A stretch of 64,000 nt of DNA from Lineus longissimus (lineage: Eukaryota). The notes under the pieces were generated by a model, which was given only the letters and a program-made list of their open reading frames with translations, did no database searches and was not told the DNA's origin. Position 1 is the first letter of the stretch. Each line of letters starts with the position of its first letter. The DNA is taken from contig NC_088308.1 in NCBI RefSeq assembly GCF_910592395.1, forward strand, positions 2,728,001 to 2,792,000. Reading direction: 5' to 3'. Made by a program: the position numbers and the translations under genes. Shown here piece after piece: positions 39,672-50,900 of this stretch.

Positions 39672-40992
39672 TATGACTGACTGTAATAAAACACCACAGC
39701 CTAGTTTCCAGTCCATGTGCAACACCCACCTTATATATAACACAAGGATAGCCAGTTAACACAAAGAGACTACACGTACACAATTCGAATTGCATGGGCA
39801 CTACATGTAGTATTGAAAATAATTCGTGGCAAGATAATTCACATAGCTTAAATCATCAAGCTATTTAGCAGAAGCAATACACTTCCGCAGTCAGCTGGTT
39901 ACATTAATTGCTTCAGTGTTGCATTTAAAAACGAATTGCTGAGAAAAGTATTACAGCTGACTAAAGACTACTAATAATAATGAATTGAAACCCTGTTAAG
40001 GGGAGACTATAGTACAAACCCTACACATAACCTTAAGGGACTTGTTCATAAAGTTCCCTGACCGATTATAGTATAGAGACTATCAAAGAGTGAAGAAAAC
40101 ATATTACACAGAAGACAAAAGCTTAAAGTATCAGATCCCTGTCTTCCAGTATTGAGGCAAACCTGTCCCATCCAGACTTAAAATGCAACTGTAAGATGAT
40201 CCAATACAAGGCTGAAACCCAACAGAAATCCTCTTAGCCTTTCCAGGCCTTGACAATTGCTGAGTGTGAAACCTTTTTCTTTCAGGTGTTGAGTTATCAA
40301 CTGAAAAATGACTAAAACGCATATTTCAAAGATATCAAAACCCATTCAAAAGGTCAATACTTTGAGAACGGAATTTTGACCTGAAAAGGCATAGACAAGT
40401 TTCCAGCAAACAAAGTTCAGTTAAACCAACATAACCCTTTGCTTCAGGTTCATGCCAACCCAAGTGCACTTTTCTCTGTATTAATGCACAACCATTATGA
40501 AATGTTTAACCAACAGATGCATAACCTGCAAAATACTGATGATAGCAAGCTGCAAATTAGTTAAATCTGAGAAACTGTTGTCCCCACTGTATGAGTCAGA
40601 TTGGTTGACTTGGAAGCACTAAAATATCTCACACAATCTTTGACCCGTCTTGCAGGCAACAACTGCCCGACGTCCAGTAGGGAGAAGATTCTGCCTCAAA
40701 TTGCACAAATAATAGGTTGTGTTGATAACATATAAATCATCTACACCTAAATAACAGTACACTACACTATAAATACTTGATACTAACTCTGTCATGATTG
40801 AAATCCTTTACTCTATCTCTTTTTTTTTTACTTTTTCACATTGCACATGATCTTGGTATCAGTTATACCATGAGCACCTTTAGTTTAAGAAACAATCTGG
40901 CTATAAAAGCATTTATAGTCCACTCACACCGTCATACCGATATATTCTCAGTCGAGAACACGAAGGGTACATTTAGTCCCTGAAATAATACT

Positions 40993-41435
40993 GAGACAAG
41001 ACCACAATTGATTTTTTAAGCCTTTTAGCAGTTAAATTGTCAATGTTTGACCGCGACGCATCAACAAACGCGTCAAGTAGTGAAACTGAAATTCGGATAT
41101 GATATACGGGTTAGTCTTGCGAGTAACTGGTGCGATGGAAATTGGTGATTGACCACGGAAATTTTTTTATAATCGACAAATTAGACAGACTTTGATATTT
41201 CCACTGTTTTCAGCCAACTGGCAGAAAAAACTCAAAACACGCCCCCTATTACCCAATTAGCAAAATTCGAAATTAATTTTTTCATCAAATAATTTCTTTA
41301 TATCTGTAGACTTGCCACAGCAAATATTTTTTCAATACCTCTCCAAATATGTACTTGAGAGTAAAAAACATGCACTCGTCTAATTGATAGGCCTCGACCC
41401 TCCAACCTATGAATATTCATTAGTGGTCTTGTCTC
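40993..41435. mobile_element. 443-bp Sola2-like MITE, copy 2
   Basis: Same TIRs and body as 21134-21576; left flank TACT, right flank AATG. Confidence 0.9.
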
Positions 41436-41984
41436 AATGAAGGTACATTTCAGGGGTTAACATTTTGAGATTTTTTTCAAACTAATGTACATGACATCCC
41501 ACAACTCTCCAACAAAGGAAAGTCATATCTGGACATTTTTGGAGAAATGAGAGACATTTCAAAGAGTGGTACAACTGTGCCAAAGCGACGAAAGAGGACA
41601 AAATCGACAAAAAGTCATGATTTTGCAGCCAACAGCACCAAATTCAAAGACCTGCCCTGGCCAGAATAAGCAAGCTATGGAGCTGAAAATTTAGGATGTG
41701 ATTTAGGAATATATTTGCTGCTTAGGGCACAACTTTCAGAATCAAGGCCTAAGTAGTTTCAAAGAAATTACAAAATGAATGGTAACACAACAAGACTTGT
41801 AAAAATGAAACCGAACTTAGACCGGGGTCAGGTTGACTCTTATTTGGGTCAAATTAAGTTTTTTTCTCATTATTTTAGCTTGTTTTGACCTTAAATCATC
41901 AGCAATACAATATTCTAAATGAATTAGAGTGATTTGAGCACATTCAAATTTTTCACTATATTGACCCAAAATGTAGTGTAAATA

Positions 41985-42427
41985 GAGACAAGACCACAAT
42001 TGATTTTTTAAGCCTTTTAGCAGTTAAATTGTCAATGTTTGACCGCGACGCATCAACAAACGCGTCAAGTAGTGAAACTGAAATTCGGATATGATATACG
42101 GGTTAGTCTTGCGAGTAACTGGTGCGATGGAAATTGGTGATTGACCACGGAAATTTTTTTATAATCGACAAATTAGACAGACTTTGATATTTCCACTGTT
42201 TTCAGCCAACTGGCAGAAAAAACTCAAAACACGCCCCCTATTACCCAATTAGCAAAATTCGAAATTAATTTTTTCATCAAATAATTTCTTTATATCTGTA
42301 GACTTGCCACAGCAAATATTTTTTCAATACCTCTCCAAATATGTACTTGAGAGTAAAAAACATGCACTCGTCTAATTGATAGGCCTCGACCCTCCAACCT
42401 ATGAATATTCATTAGTGGTCTTGTCTC
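41985..42427. mobile_element. 443-bp Sola2-like MITE, copy 3 (direct orientation to copy 2)
   Basis: Appears identical to copy 2; left flank AATA, right flank TACT. Confidence 0.9.
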
Positions 42428-42681
42428 TACTTTCAACTGATGCACTGAGTGATTCATTACTGTGTGTACAAAAATATGCAAACCAATTTCAAAGTATCAA
42501 AATTTATGAAACAAAACTCCCACGTTTGAGGTGGATTAACTGACGTAGTTAAGAATACAATGCTGGTACGCTTGATTTGAAATAGAATTCACGCGGCAGG
42601 TGGCGAAGGGGGCCATAATACTGCCTCTCTTAGATGTCCTTGTTACATCCAATCATTCAAGATCAGACATAACAACACTAA

Positions 42682-43565
42682 TGCCGTGGTCACACTGGGG
42701 TTTTAACACGAATTGAATTCGAATTAAAACGTTGATACGTATTGGGGCGTCACACTCAATTCGGTTCATACCGATCTCAATCCGCTTTAACCAACACGGT
42801 TCTTAAACCGAATTGAATGCGAATCAGCTAATCCGAATCAACGAAACCGTATTGAGATTTCAAGTGTGACGCGCTTGATACGAATTAAGGTTTTCGATCG
42901 CACTGCGCATGCGCCCGGCGCATGGAAAGTGACCTTTGACCGCGGGAACTAGTGCTCCGAACTAGTTAAATGATCTCATTAACTCAAATCGTTTTTCGTT
43001 GTGCCATAGAATAGGGAAAAATCAACTCCCTTGCACGTGACTTGCATTTCCATTTCCTGGCAAGGTATGTTGCCGCCGGTTCGTTGGTCAAAGGTACGCT
43101 GGTCAGCAACATCGTCGCGGCGGGGTTTTCCCCGGTTTTGGCCTCGTTTTCGAGGGCGAGGCCGGGATTCACCACATTTAGCGACGGTGGTGTTGACTCG
43201 CTGAGGACACTCCTCTTTGACCCGAACTTTGGCAATAGGCATGGCCAAGAGATGGAAATGGTCAAGCACCTTACGCGATTTTAACTTGTTAATAATGACT
43301 GTGTGATACTGTGATATTATATACTTATATGTTTTGTACTTGTAAATTTTATTCTCCCATATGGGAGGTTAATAAATAATAATAATAATAATAATAATAG
43401 ATGGCGCGTCGTTAGTATGCATTGAGTGTGGCGCGTTTTAAACCGATTTGAATGCGTATTCGGGCCAGTGTGACGCGACCGTTCTGAAACTGGATTAACC
43501 AATTCGTATTCCGGAGAGCGCTCTACGGAATTCGGTTTCAATTCGCATCCAGTGTGAACACACCA
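42682..43565. mobile_element. ~880-bp non-autonomous DNA transposon with Harbinger-like TIRs
   Basis: Imperfect TIR TGCCGTGGTCACACTGG / CCAGTGTGAACACACCA; sub-terminal GTGTGACGCG and CGAATT motifs; CpG-rich core unlike the flanks; (AAT)n at ~43370-43398. Confidence 0.7.
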
Positions 43566-44952
43566 CAACACTCATTTAACAACATGTATTCTGCAACAGG
43601 ATAGCAGCATTTCTGAATAAAGTCGTTAGACATCCTCAATCGGTTCATTCCATGAAATTGTACCTTACGCATCGGTGTCATACGTAAACCAATAACTTTG
43701 GCGGCCATTTTAATGAAGCCCAAAGGGCAACACCAACCAAGTAGTAACTTTTTCCACTTTCAAGGCCTATTGAACGGAATCAGATGCATGCTCCCATAGT
43801 AATGACAGGGCACATAATTCCTCGAGTCTTTTGAACAATTACTCCAGAGAAGAGCTAGCCAGTTCTGACACAAAATCTTCACATAAATTTGAGATATAAT
43901 GATAAAATGTTTACCCACTCTTCTGTCACATCAGTGTAGATACTCAATGTGCATTTTATTTTGAAGTTGATACATAAATGTTTTAACATTACAACTGACA
44001 ACTGGCTCTATCAATAAAGTAATTGCCCAAGACAATACACAATGAATTCACAACCAGTAAAAGTATTCGAAGATAGTATGTAGCCCTGCCATTATAATCA
44101 TTCACAATTTGAAGTCCTGTTGTAGAATTCTGTTAGGAAGTCAGAAATGAAAGGCTTTACCAGCATATCATAAGAACTAGATGATGAAATCAACTCTTTG
44201 GTACACAAATCAAACTGAAAAACCTGAACTGGGATAAACCACAGTTCTGAAGACTTGGCCTTTGATGATTAAGGGTACATGTGCAACTAGAAGGAATACT
44301 TTAAACGAAGGGCAAGAAAAAAGCTAAAAGTATAGATACTGATGAAATCAAGATTTCTACAAGGAAAGTAAATGAATACTGTACGCAATACCATAGCATG
44401 GAGGTCTAATACATACTCTTGGGTCAGAATGTGAACCAATGGCACAGAATACTGCAAGGAATTGTACTACTGCAGGAGAATGGAAGTCAATCCAAAGCAC
44501 TAAGTGGAAGATTGTGTCATAATCAACTACAGAATGAGCGAATGAGATGACATTGCTTTTGGAAGCTCAAATATGAAAGACTTCAGAGTAGCAACTAGGT
44601 TAAATGGGAACCAACTCCCCAACCCAGTGATACCGAGGTCATGTTCTTGTGCAATAGGGATAAAGCAGTAGCCTGCTTATGATACCATCCTTAGTCAGAG
44701 CCAAGACTAGAGTGATCATATGAAGTGAATGCACCCGTAATCATCAAGGTTACATATGAGCAATATACGACCAATTATAAGAGTTCTTGGCAGTGCTGGG
44801 CCCCAAACTGCCATCCGTTATGTCATTTGCACTTTCTGGCGTCTCCTGACGATCATGGCAGTGTCCCTCTTTGACTGCTTTTCCCAACTATTCACATCAG
44901 TCATATCATGGTTGTGTTGTCCCACTAGAAACTGTTGAGTTGCACTGTGTGT

Positions 44953-47900
44953 TTAGTAAGGCGAGAATCGTTGGTATCCCCCTCTGTATACTGTGGGCTG
45001 CAATAGAGAGAATAGAAAGTTACAAAGCGTTGGGTAGCAACTGAGTTTTTCTGGAATGGTGTCAACAATGCACCATGATGGTTAGAGAGTTCATTACCAA
45101 CATTGGAAACACGTCTAACATTTGACCTTATCCCCGAAAATGTAAGGTACCAAAAATGTGATCACATCCTAAAGCTCTCAACATTTCTAATTTCTAGTTA
45201 AGATGTAGTCACAATCATATGCCAAAAAATTTAGCAAAACGAAATTTTGAGTGAAAACATCAACTTAAATCATGAACCCCCTAAACCCCCACAACGGTAC
45301 ATCATTTCTATCAACAGTTAGACAAGTTACCACACTCTCCAACACTAATTTGTTTCCCACTTTCACATATTACGGACAAGACCAGTCACAATTACATATA
45401 CTGTCACTAAACAGGTTAGACTTGAAACAAGGAATTTGACTGGTTATTCTCATGCACTAGCTCGGCTAGATGGTTTCAAAGAAGTTAAACCGTGCAAAGG
45501 AAAAGAGTGGATACGTGCATGCATCTAGAGCATACGGATACATATACTTTGAGCATTGACCCCCATTCACTTCAGACTGCACTGGTTTAAACTGTTACCT
45601 GACTTATGTACTTAAAGCACTTTGTGATGTATTGGACTTATGATAAAGACTCAATCAATTGTCTCCTGAATGATGTGAACCGATTGAAATCAACATTGAG
45701 CCAGCTCACCAACAACAAAATCGATGTCTTAATTTTGTGTTTTTCCTTGCCCCTTAACTTGCAAATAACGAAAGCAACTAGCATATCCATTCCCCACTGA
45801 TGACAACTTTTCCTAAATGTCTACACCTAAGAGCATAAGGCATGCATTAACATTATTGGATGCAACAGCAAAGTACATGTAGCAAGTTGAGAAAAAAATC
45901 CGCCTCGCTTGCATCTTCATTTGAGGAGTAGCTTCAATGTCATATTTGAGTTATTTGTAGCTTTAAAAGACAACTTATGAGTAACAAGTCGTTGACTTTT
46001 CATATTACTTTTGAATGGATCAGTGGCCTTTAGAGTTCTAGCCTATCTTTAGTCTTTAGAATCATATGATACTTGCCAATCACAAGACACTCACTCAGAA
46101 TGCCTGTATTTATAATAGCATGAAAAGGTTTAGCAGTAGCCCTCGTAGCTACCATGATAGTCTCCTCACTGACAGCAGAACCTCTCTATGATTATAAAGA
46201 TCATGTCCAATTTTTGACTTTGTCTCTTAACTGATTTCACCTCGTGAATTATGAAGAACCATTACCAAATCTTTGGACAAGTACAGTTCATCATGATTAC
46301 TGAGTATTTAGTACATGTACTACCAGTAACCTTGATGTTCTAATAATTGTGTGTTAGAAGCTTGTTGGAAATCGAACTTGGAATACACTCTTTATATCAT
46401 ATAATTTTAGACTTTATTTTGACAGTATATCGAATACATTAATGAGAATCTCACTGGATATGCTTTTTTGGTACTGACTCACTATTTTCCCTGAGAAATT
46501 CACAAGTTCATTATCCAGTATAAATACTGTTTACTCAGACAGAGCAATTAAGGTAAAGACCTCATTATCATTAAATGAAAACTTTACATTTACCAATAGC
46601 GTTAGCTAGTAGCAACTATTATAATCCTCAAAATGCAAACAAACAAACTCGATATAACCATCAAACGGAATCCACAACATGCACAAGAAGATTATTCATG
46701 AGGCATCTAACAGTGACAGAACAAAAAGGTGCAAGCAGAATAGATGAAAGAACTAATAAGCCACCGGAAGGCAAAGTGGGCATGGTATCATGAGGAAAAG
46801 TGGCTGATCACGGGCAAAAAGTCACTAATCATGTAAATTGGTGCTATTCGTGGCCATATATTTGCTGATCATTGGTAAAAGTTGCTGATTCTGGCCAACA
46901 GAACCTTAAAAGTTCTTTAGGAAATAGCCTGCATAAGCTGAACATGTCAGTGTGGTCTTATTTTCTCATATCTCATTTCTCATTAAGAATTCCTTCAAAG
47001 TGACAGGTGTTTTTTGCTCAGTTGATTTTTGCTGAAGGTGGAATGCTGTCCTTGCACTTCAGCTATCCAATTAAGAGCTGTTTTCAATCGATTTTGATAA
47101 GGAATTTACAGGAATTAACCGAATTCGACCAGCACAAATGCAATTTTCCTTTAGCGATACCACACCCTGTGAAGGAAGTGAAGGGTTAAGGGAACAACAA
47201 GTTAACAGGTGAAGGAAATAAAACAAATATCTACCATTGAATGAATTAAACTTTGTGTGTCTTTAACCATATCAGGGTTGCCCTCAACGAGTATTCTTTG
47301 TAAGGATTGTCCAGCCTGCGATGTGGCTAAGACGCGTCCAGCAGCATGGGGCATTATCTAAGTTAACAAACGAAACAAATAGGTGGTCAAATTTGGGACA
47401 TCTCAACCAAGATGCAGACGATGAGCATTGCTGGAGGTGGAGGCGAGAACCACAAACTGTCCATGCTAATTAATTTCATTAATTTGTCAAATTAGCTCTT
47501 TTTGATACCAACAACTCGACTAAATAGATCATTGTCTTTAACAATCAAAACCCAAGTCTAGCTTTTACTGGCATTTATCTACGCCAGCTTTTACTAATTC
47601 TAGCTTCATCTTAAATTTCTTCAAATTTTGAGAGTTTTTGAATACCTCCTATTTCAATTTATCAAACAATTCAAACCATGCTGACTGATCAATACCTGGT
47701 GCGAATCAACGGCACAAATACCAAAATATCACTATTTTTAACCCCTTTTGCTCCAATTTCAACACACAAATGCTGTTTATGGTTCTCTCTTGGTTATTAG
47801 AAGCAGTGACATCTAAGCCGAAACATGAACTTCACAAAATTTTGATGAGTTATTCTAGTCTACCTTTAAGACACATGATTTGTCCATCCAAGGTGTAATA

Positions 47901-50900
47901 TGCGTAAATTGTAGCTAACGAGACATTTGTCAGACACCTGGCAATTTCTCAGACAGGTTTTTGCCAATAAGTAAGGACAATCCATTAAACTGACTGCCTA
48001 GGGGCTAGAGGAGGCTCAGTAGACAGGTCAGCCAAGGGTAATAGGATTATCAAGAGGGTATCATGTTCCTTGTGTCATCTTTCACAAACCACACACGATC
48101 ATCTGTTACCTTTCAATGACCAGAGATACCAGGGCAAGTTATATAAATAGGTATTTTCAAATTATTCCATCTCCCAATCCCATCTCGACAATTTGAGTGG
48201 TGTTCCAAGTTAGATTTAACCTTTCATGATCCAGCCTAGTGTAACCAATGACACACCTCATAGAGAAAGAAAACCCTCCTTACAAATCCACTTAAAACGT
48301 CATTCCCTTAAAGTGATTGCCTTGCCCAAACTTCACCTAGAGACCATTGCCATCAAATGTGATAGAGCAAAAGGTAAGCGGACCCAAAATTAAGTGAATT
48401 AAACATTAAATAAGATAGATATCTTTCCGGTGATTGGAAGTTTCTGTGGGTTGTTATTCAATGACACTAGGGTACATAATTATCCCTAAACCATTTGAAT
48501 ATGAAGCGTAGCAGTTATGATAGAATGTATCTTAAGTAAGGTTGTGATGTATTGGGTAAGGAGAAGATTTCAAGCTAGTTGTCTTGGCTGTGCGAAAGGA
48601 ATGGTAACTGTACACAAGAACGCTAAATATAACACATACAGTGAACAAACATACAGAGCTATACTCCAGTGCGGGACGATTCCATCGGAGATTCGTTTTC
48701 CGAGGGGTGAACCGAAAAGATGTGACAGAACTCCTTGTACACCTACGGGCCAAATGTGACCCGTCACAGCAAAACCAGGCGCTTGTCGCACAGAAGAAGA
48801 GCCTAAATGACACCAGGAGATAATGGAAGAAATTGATGTGCTCATATTTCACAGAAGGCAGACAATAGAGAAATGAACAGAGAGTCTGTCTCAACCTGCC
48901 AAGCTCGGTGCGACATGCGCCTGGTTTTGCTGTGATGGGTCACAAATATTCTAGAATGGAATCGTCCCAGTCCTTAGTTTAGCTTTGTACACCTCTCCAT
49001 CGTGTTTATACGCCACACCATGAAAATTTAGTTATAGCTATAACAATCAGCAATGCAAATTAGTTACAAGTCCATTTCAAGAATCTAAAGAAATTTCCAC
49101 ATTGAAATACACCTAGGACACATTGTTAGTGAGATTGGTTGACAAGGAAAGAATGTTACTCGATGAAGTTTAAAAAAATCAAAGTAGGTCTGAGCTTGAA
49201 AGCAATATGTGATATAAATGGCACAAAATTACCATAGCTCTGATCAATACGTCTAGTTTTCATTTTAACTAAAAAAATAATTGCGTAAAAGCCTTGGTCT
49301 CAAAGCAATTTTTCACACAAAATGTTGCATTGAAAAAAATTCTGAAAAAATTGTTCTTTGGAGAATAATTTGGATATATCAAGTGCTTCGATCTGTAGTT
49401 CTTCTTTTTGGGAGATATTAGGAGGAACATTCTGCATTTACATTGTATCTAAAGCACTCTAATCGTGACATCAAATCAAAAATACATTCAGTAGTCCTCA
49501 ACCGCGACATGCACAACATGCAATTATAATAAATGACTCGCACTGCAAACTGCTGCCTGGTTACAATCCATTCCAAGATGCAACGGACCCATCACATTCC
49601 CTTGACGTTAACCCATTATGGAGGTGTAACATACGACTAGGCCCTGCCCATTTCATCCACCGCGCATTCAACAGCTATTCTACCTCAACTATGCACAAAA
49701 ATCTCACTTCTGAAATTATCTGTAGTTGTCAAGAACCGATAGAATTCCATTTTCATGTAGATGAAACACCACACGCAATATATTGGTATGGGTGATGTTT
49801 TTCTGAATAAATTCCAGAATTCTGGGTTGTCTGTCACACTTCTTTGAAACTGTACACACTGGGTATAAATAGAAACTGTATCTCATAGCTTTCTCTGCCT
49901 TTTTTATATTCACTGTGTGGGTGTATCATGTATCAATATCAGAAATGCCCAACAAACTCTTATAATCCTTTCAGTATCAATGTTACAGTTTCACAATTCA
50001 AGCTTCACTTATATTTCTACTGTGTCAGTCTGACTCAAAACATGTTCAGTGGACACACAACAGCCTTGATGTTGTAACGACTACAAGTCTGATGTTGCAA
50101 CTCCGAGGATTCATCGAAAGATATAACTAATCCCAAGGCACAACCTAACATCATCATCCCATAGGCATCGAAAGAGATCAAAAGGACCAGCTGTTGTGCC
50201 AAGTTGTAATATGGTATACGATACCCAGGGCACAACTCTGCCCTCTACAAAGAGCAAAAGGAACTACACGCAACTAACAACCATAGCCCATTAGAAAGAA
50301 TACTATTACGATGTCAAAATGCCACTTCCGTCTACAGCACCAGTAATTACCACATTCAATAAAAGTCACCAAATTGACAACTCGTTCAAAATACAGTATC
50401 GTTTTACATTTCCTGTATTGTTGAACCTCAGATAATTTCAGAAAAAGACGTTTGAACCAAGTCCAGGTGTCAGGCATGTATAATATTTTCACCTTACTCA
50501 CTTAAAAAACTACAAGAAATGCTACTAGTAATGAGGTTCTTTTGAGCAATACATTGCAATCTGTAAAGACATTGGAATTTTTCATTCAATTAATAGGTTT
50601 CTTAGGAATGGGAATGTTACTTGCATATTGGAATGAAGAGAAACCTCTTTAATTGATTCAGTGATGGCAATTACACCCTGGCGAATCAGTAACTGGATGC
50701 CAGACTCTTTAACATACAATCCCAATACTGGAGTCCAAATGCTACCCACTCGTCGAGTTGTTTTGAAGCAGAGTTCTCAGCAGGCTCAAGATGTGACTCG
50801 GAATAGTGGATAGCATTTTAACTCTGATATGTAGATGCTATGTTAAATGCTTGGACATGCAGTTACTGATTCTCCAGGGTGAATTATTTCGCATTTAAAA

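Larger units (their letters stand above)
35960..44952 (-). other. Inferred long RBFOX 3' UTR (up to ~9 kb, several possible poly(A) sites)
   Basis: No coding exons; U/G-rich on the minus strand; minus-strand AATAAA at 43955-43960, ~36535, ~36440 and 35984-35989; extent is inferred. Confidence 0.5.

Noticed and set aside
42979..43284. Short ORFs in the Harbinger-like element as transposase or Myb/SANT remnants
   Set aside because: No recognisable catalytic or Trp-repeat motifs; the ORFs are explained by higher GC content.
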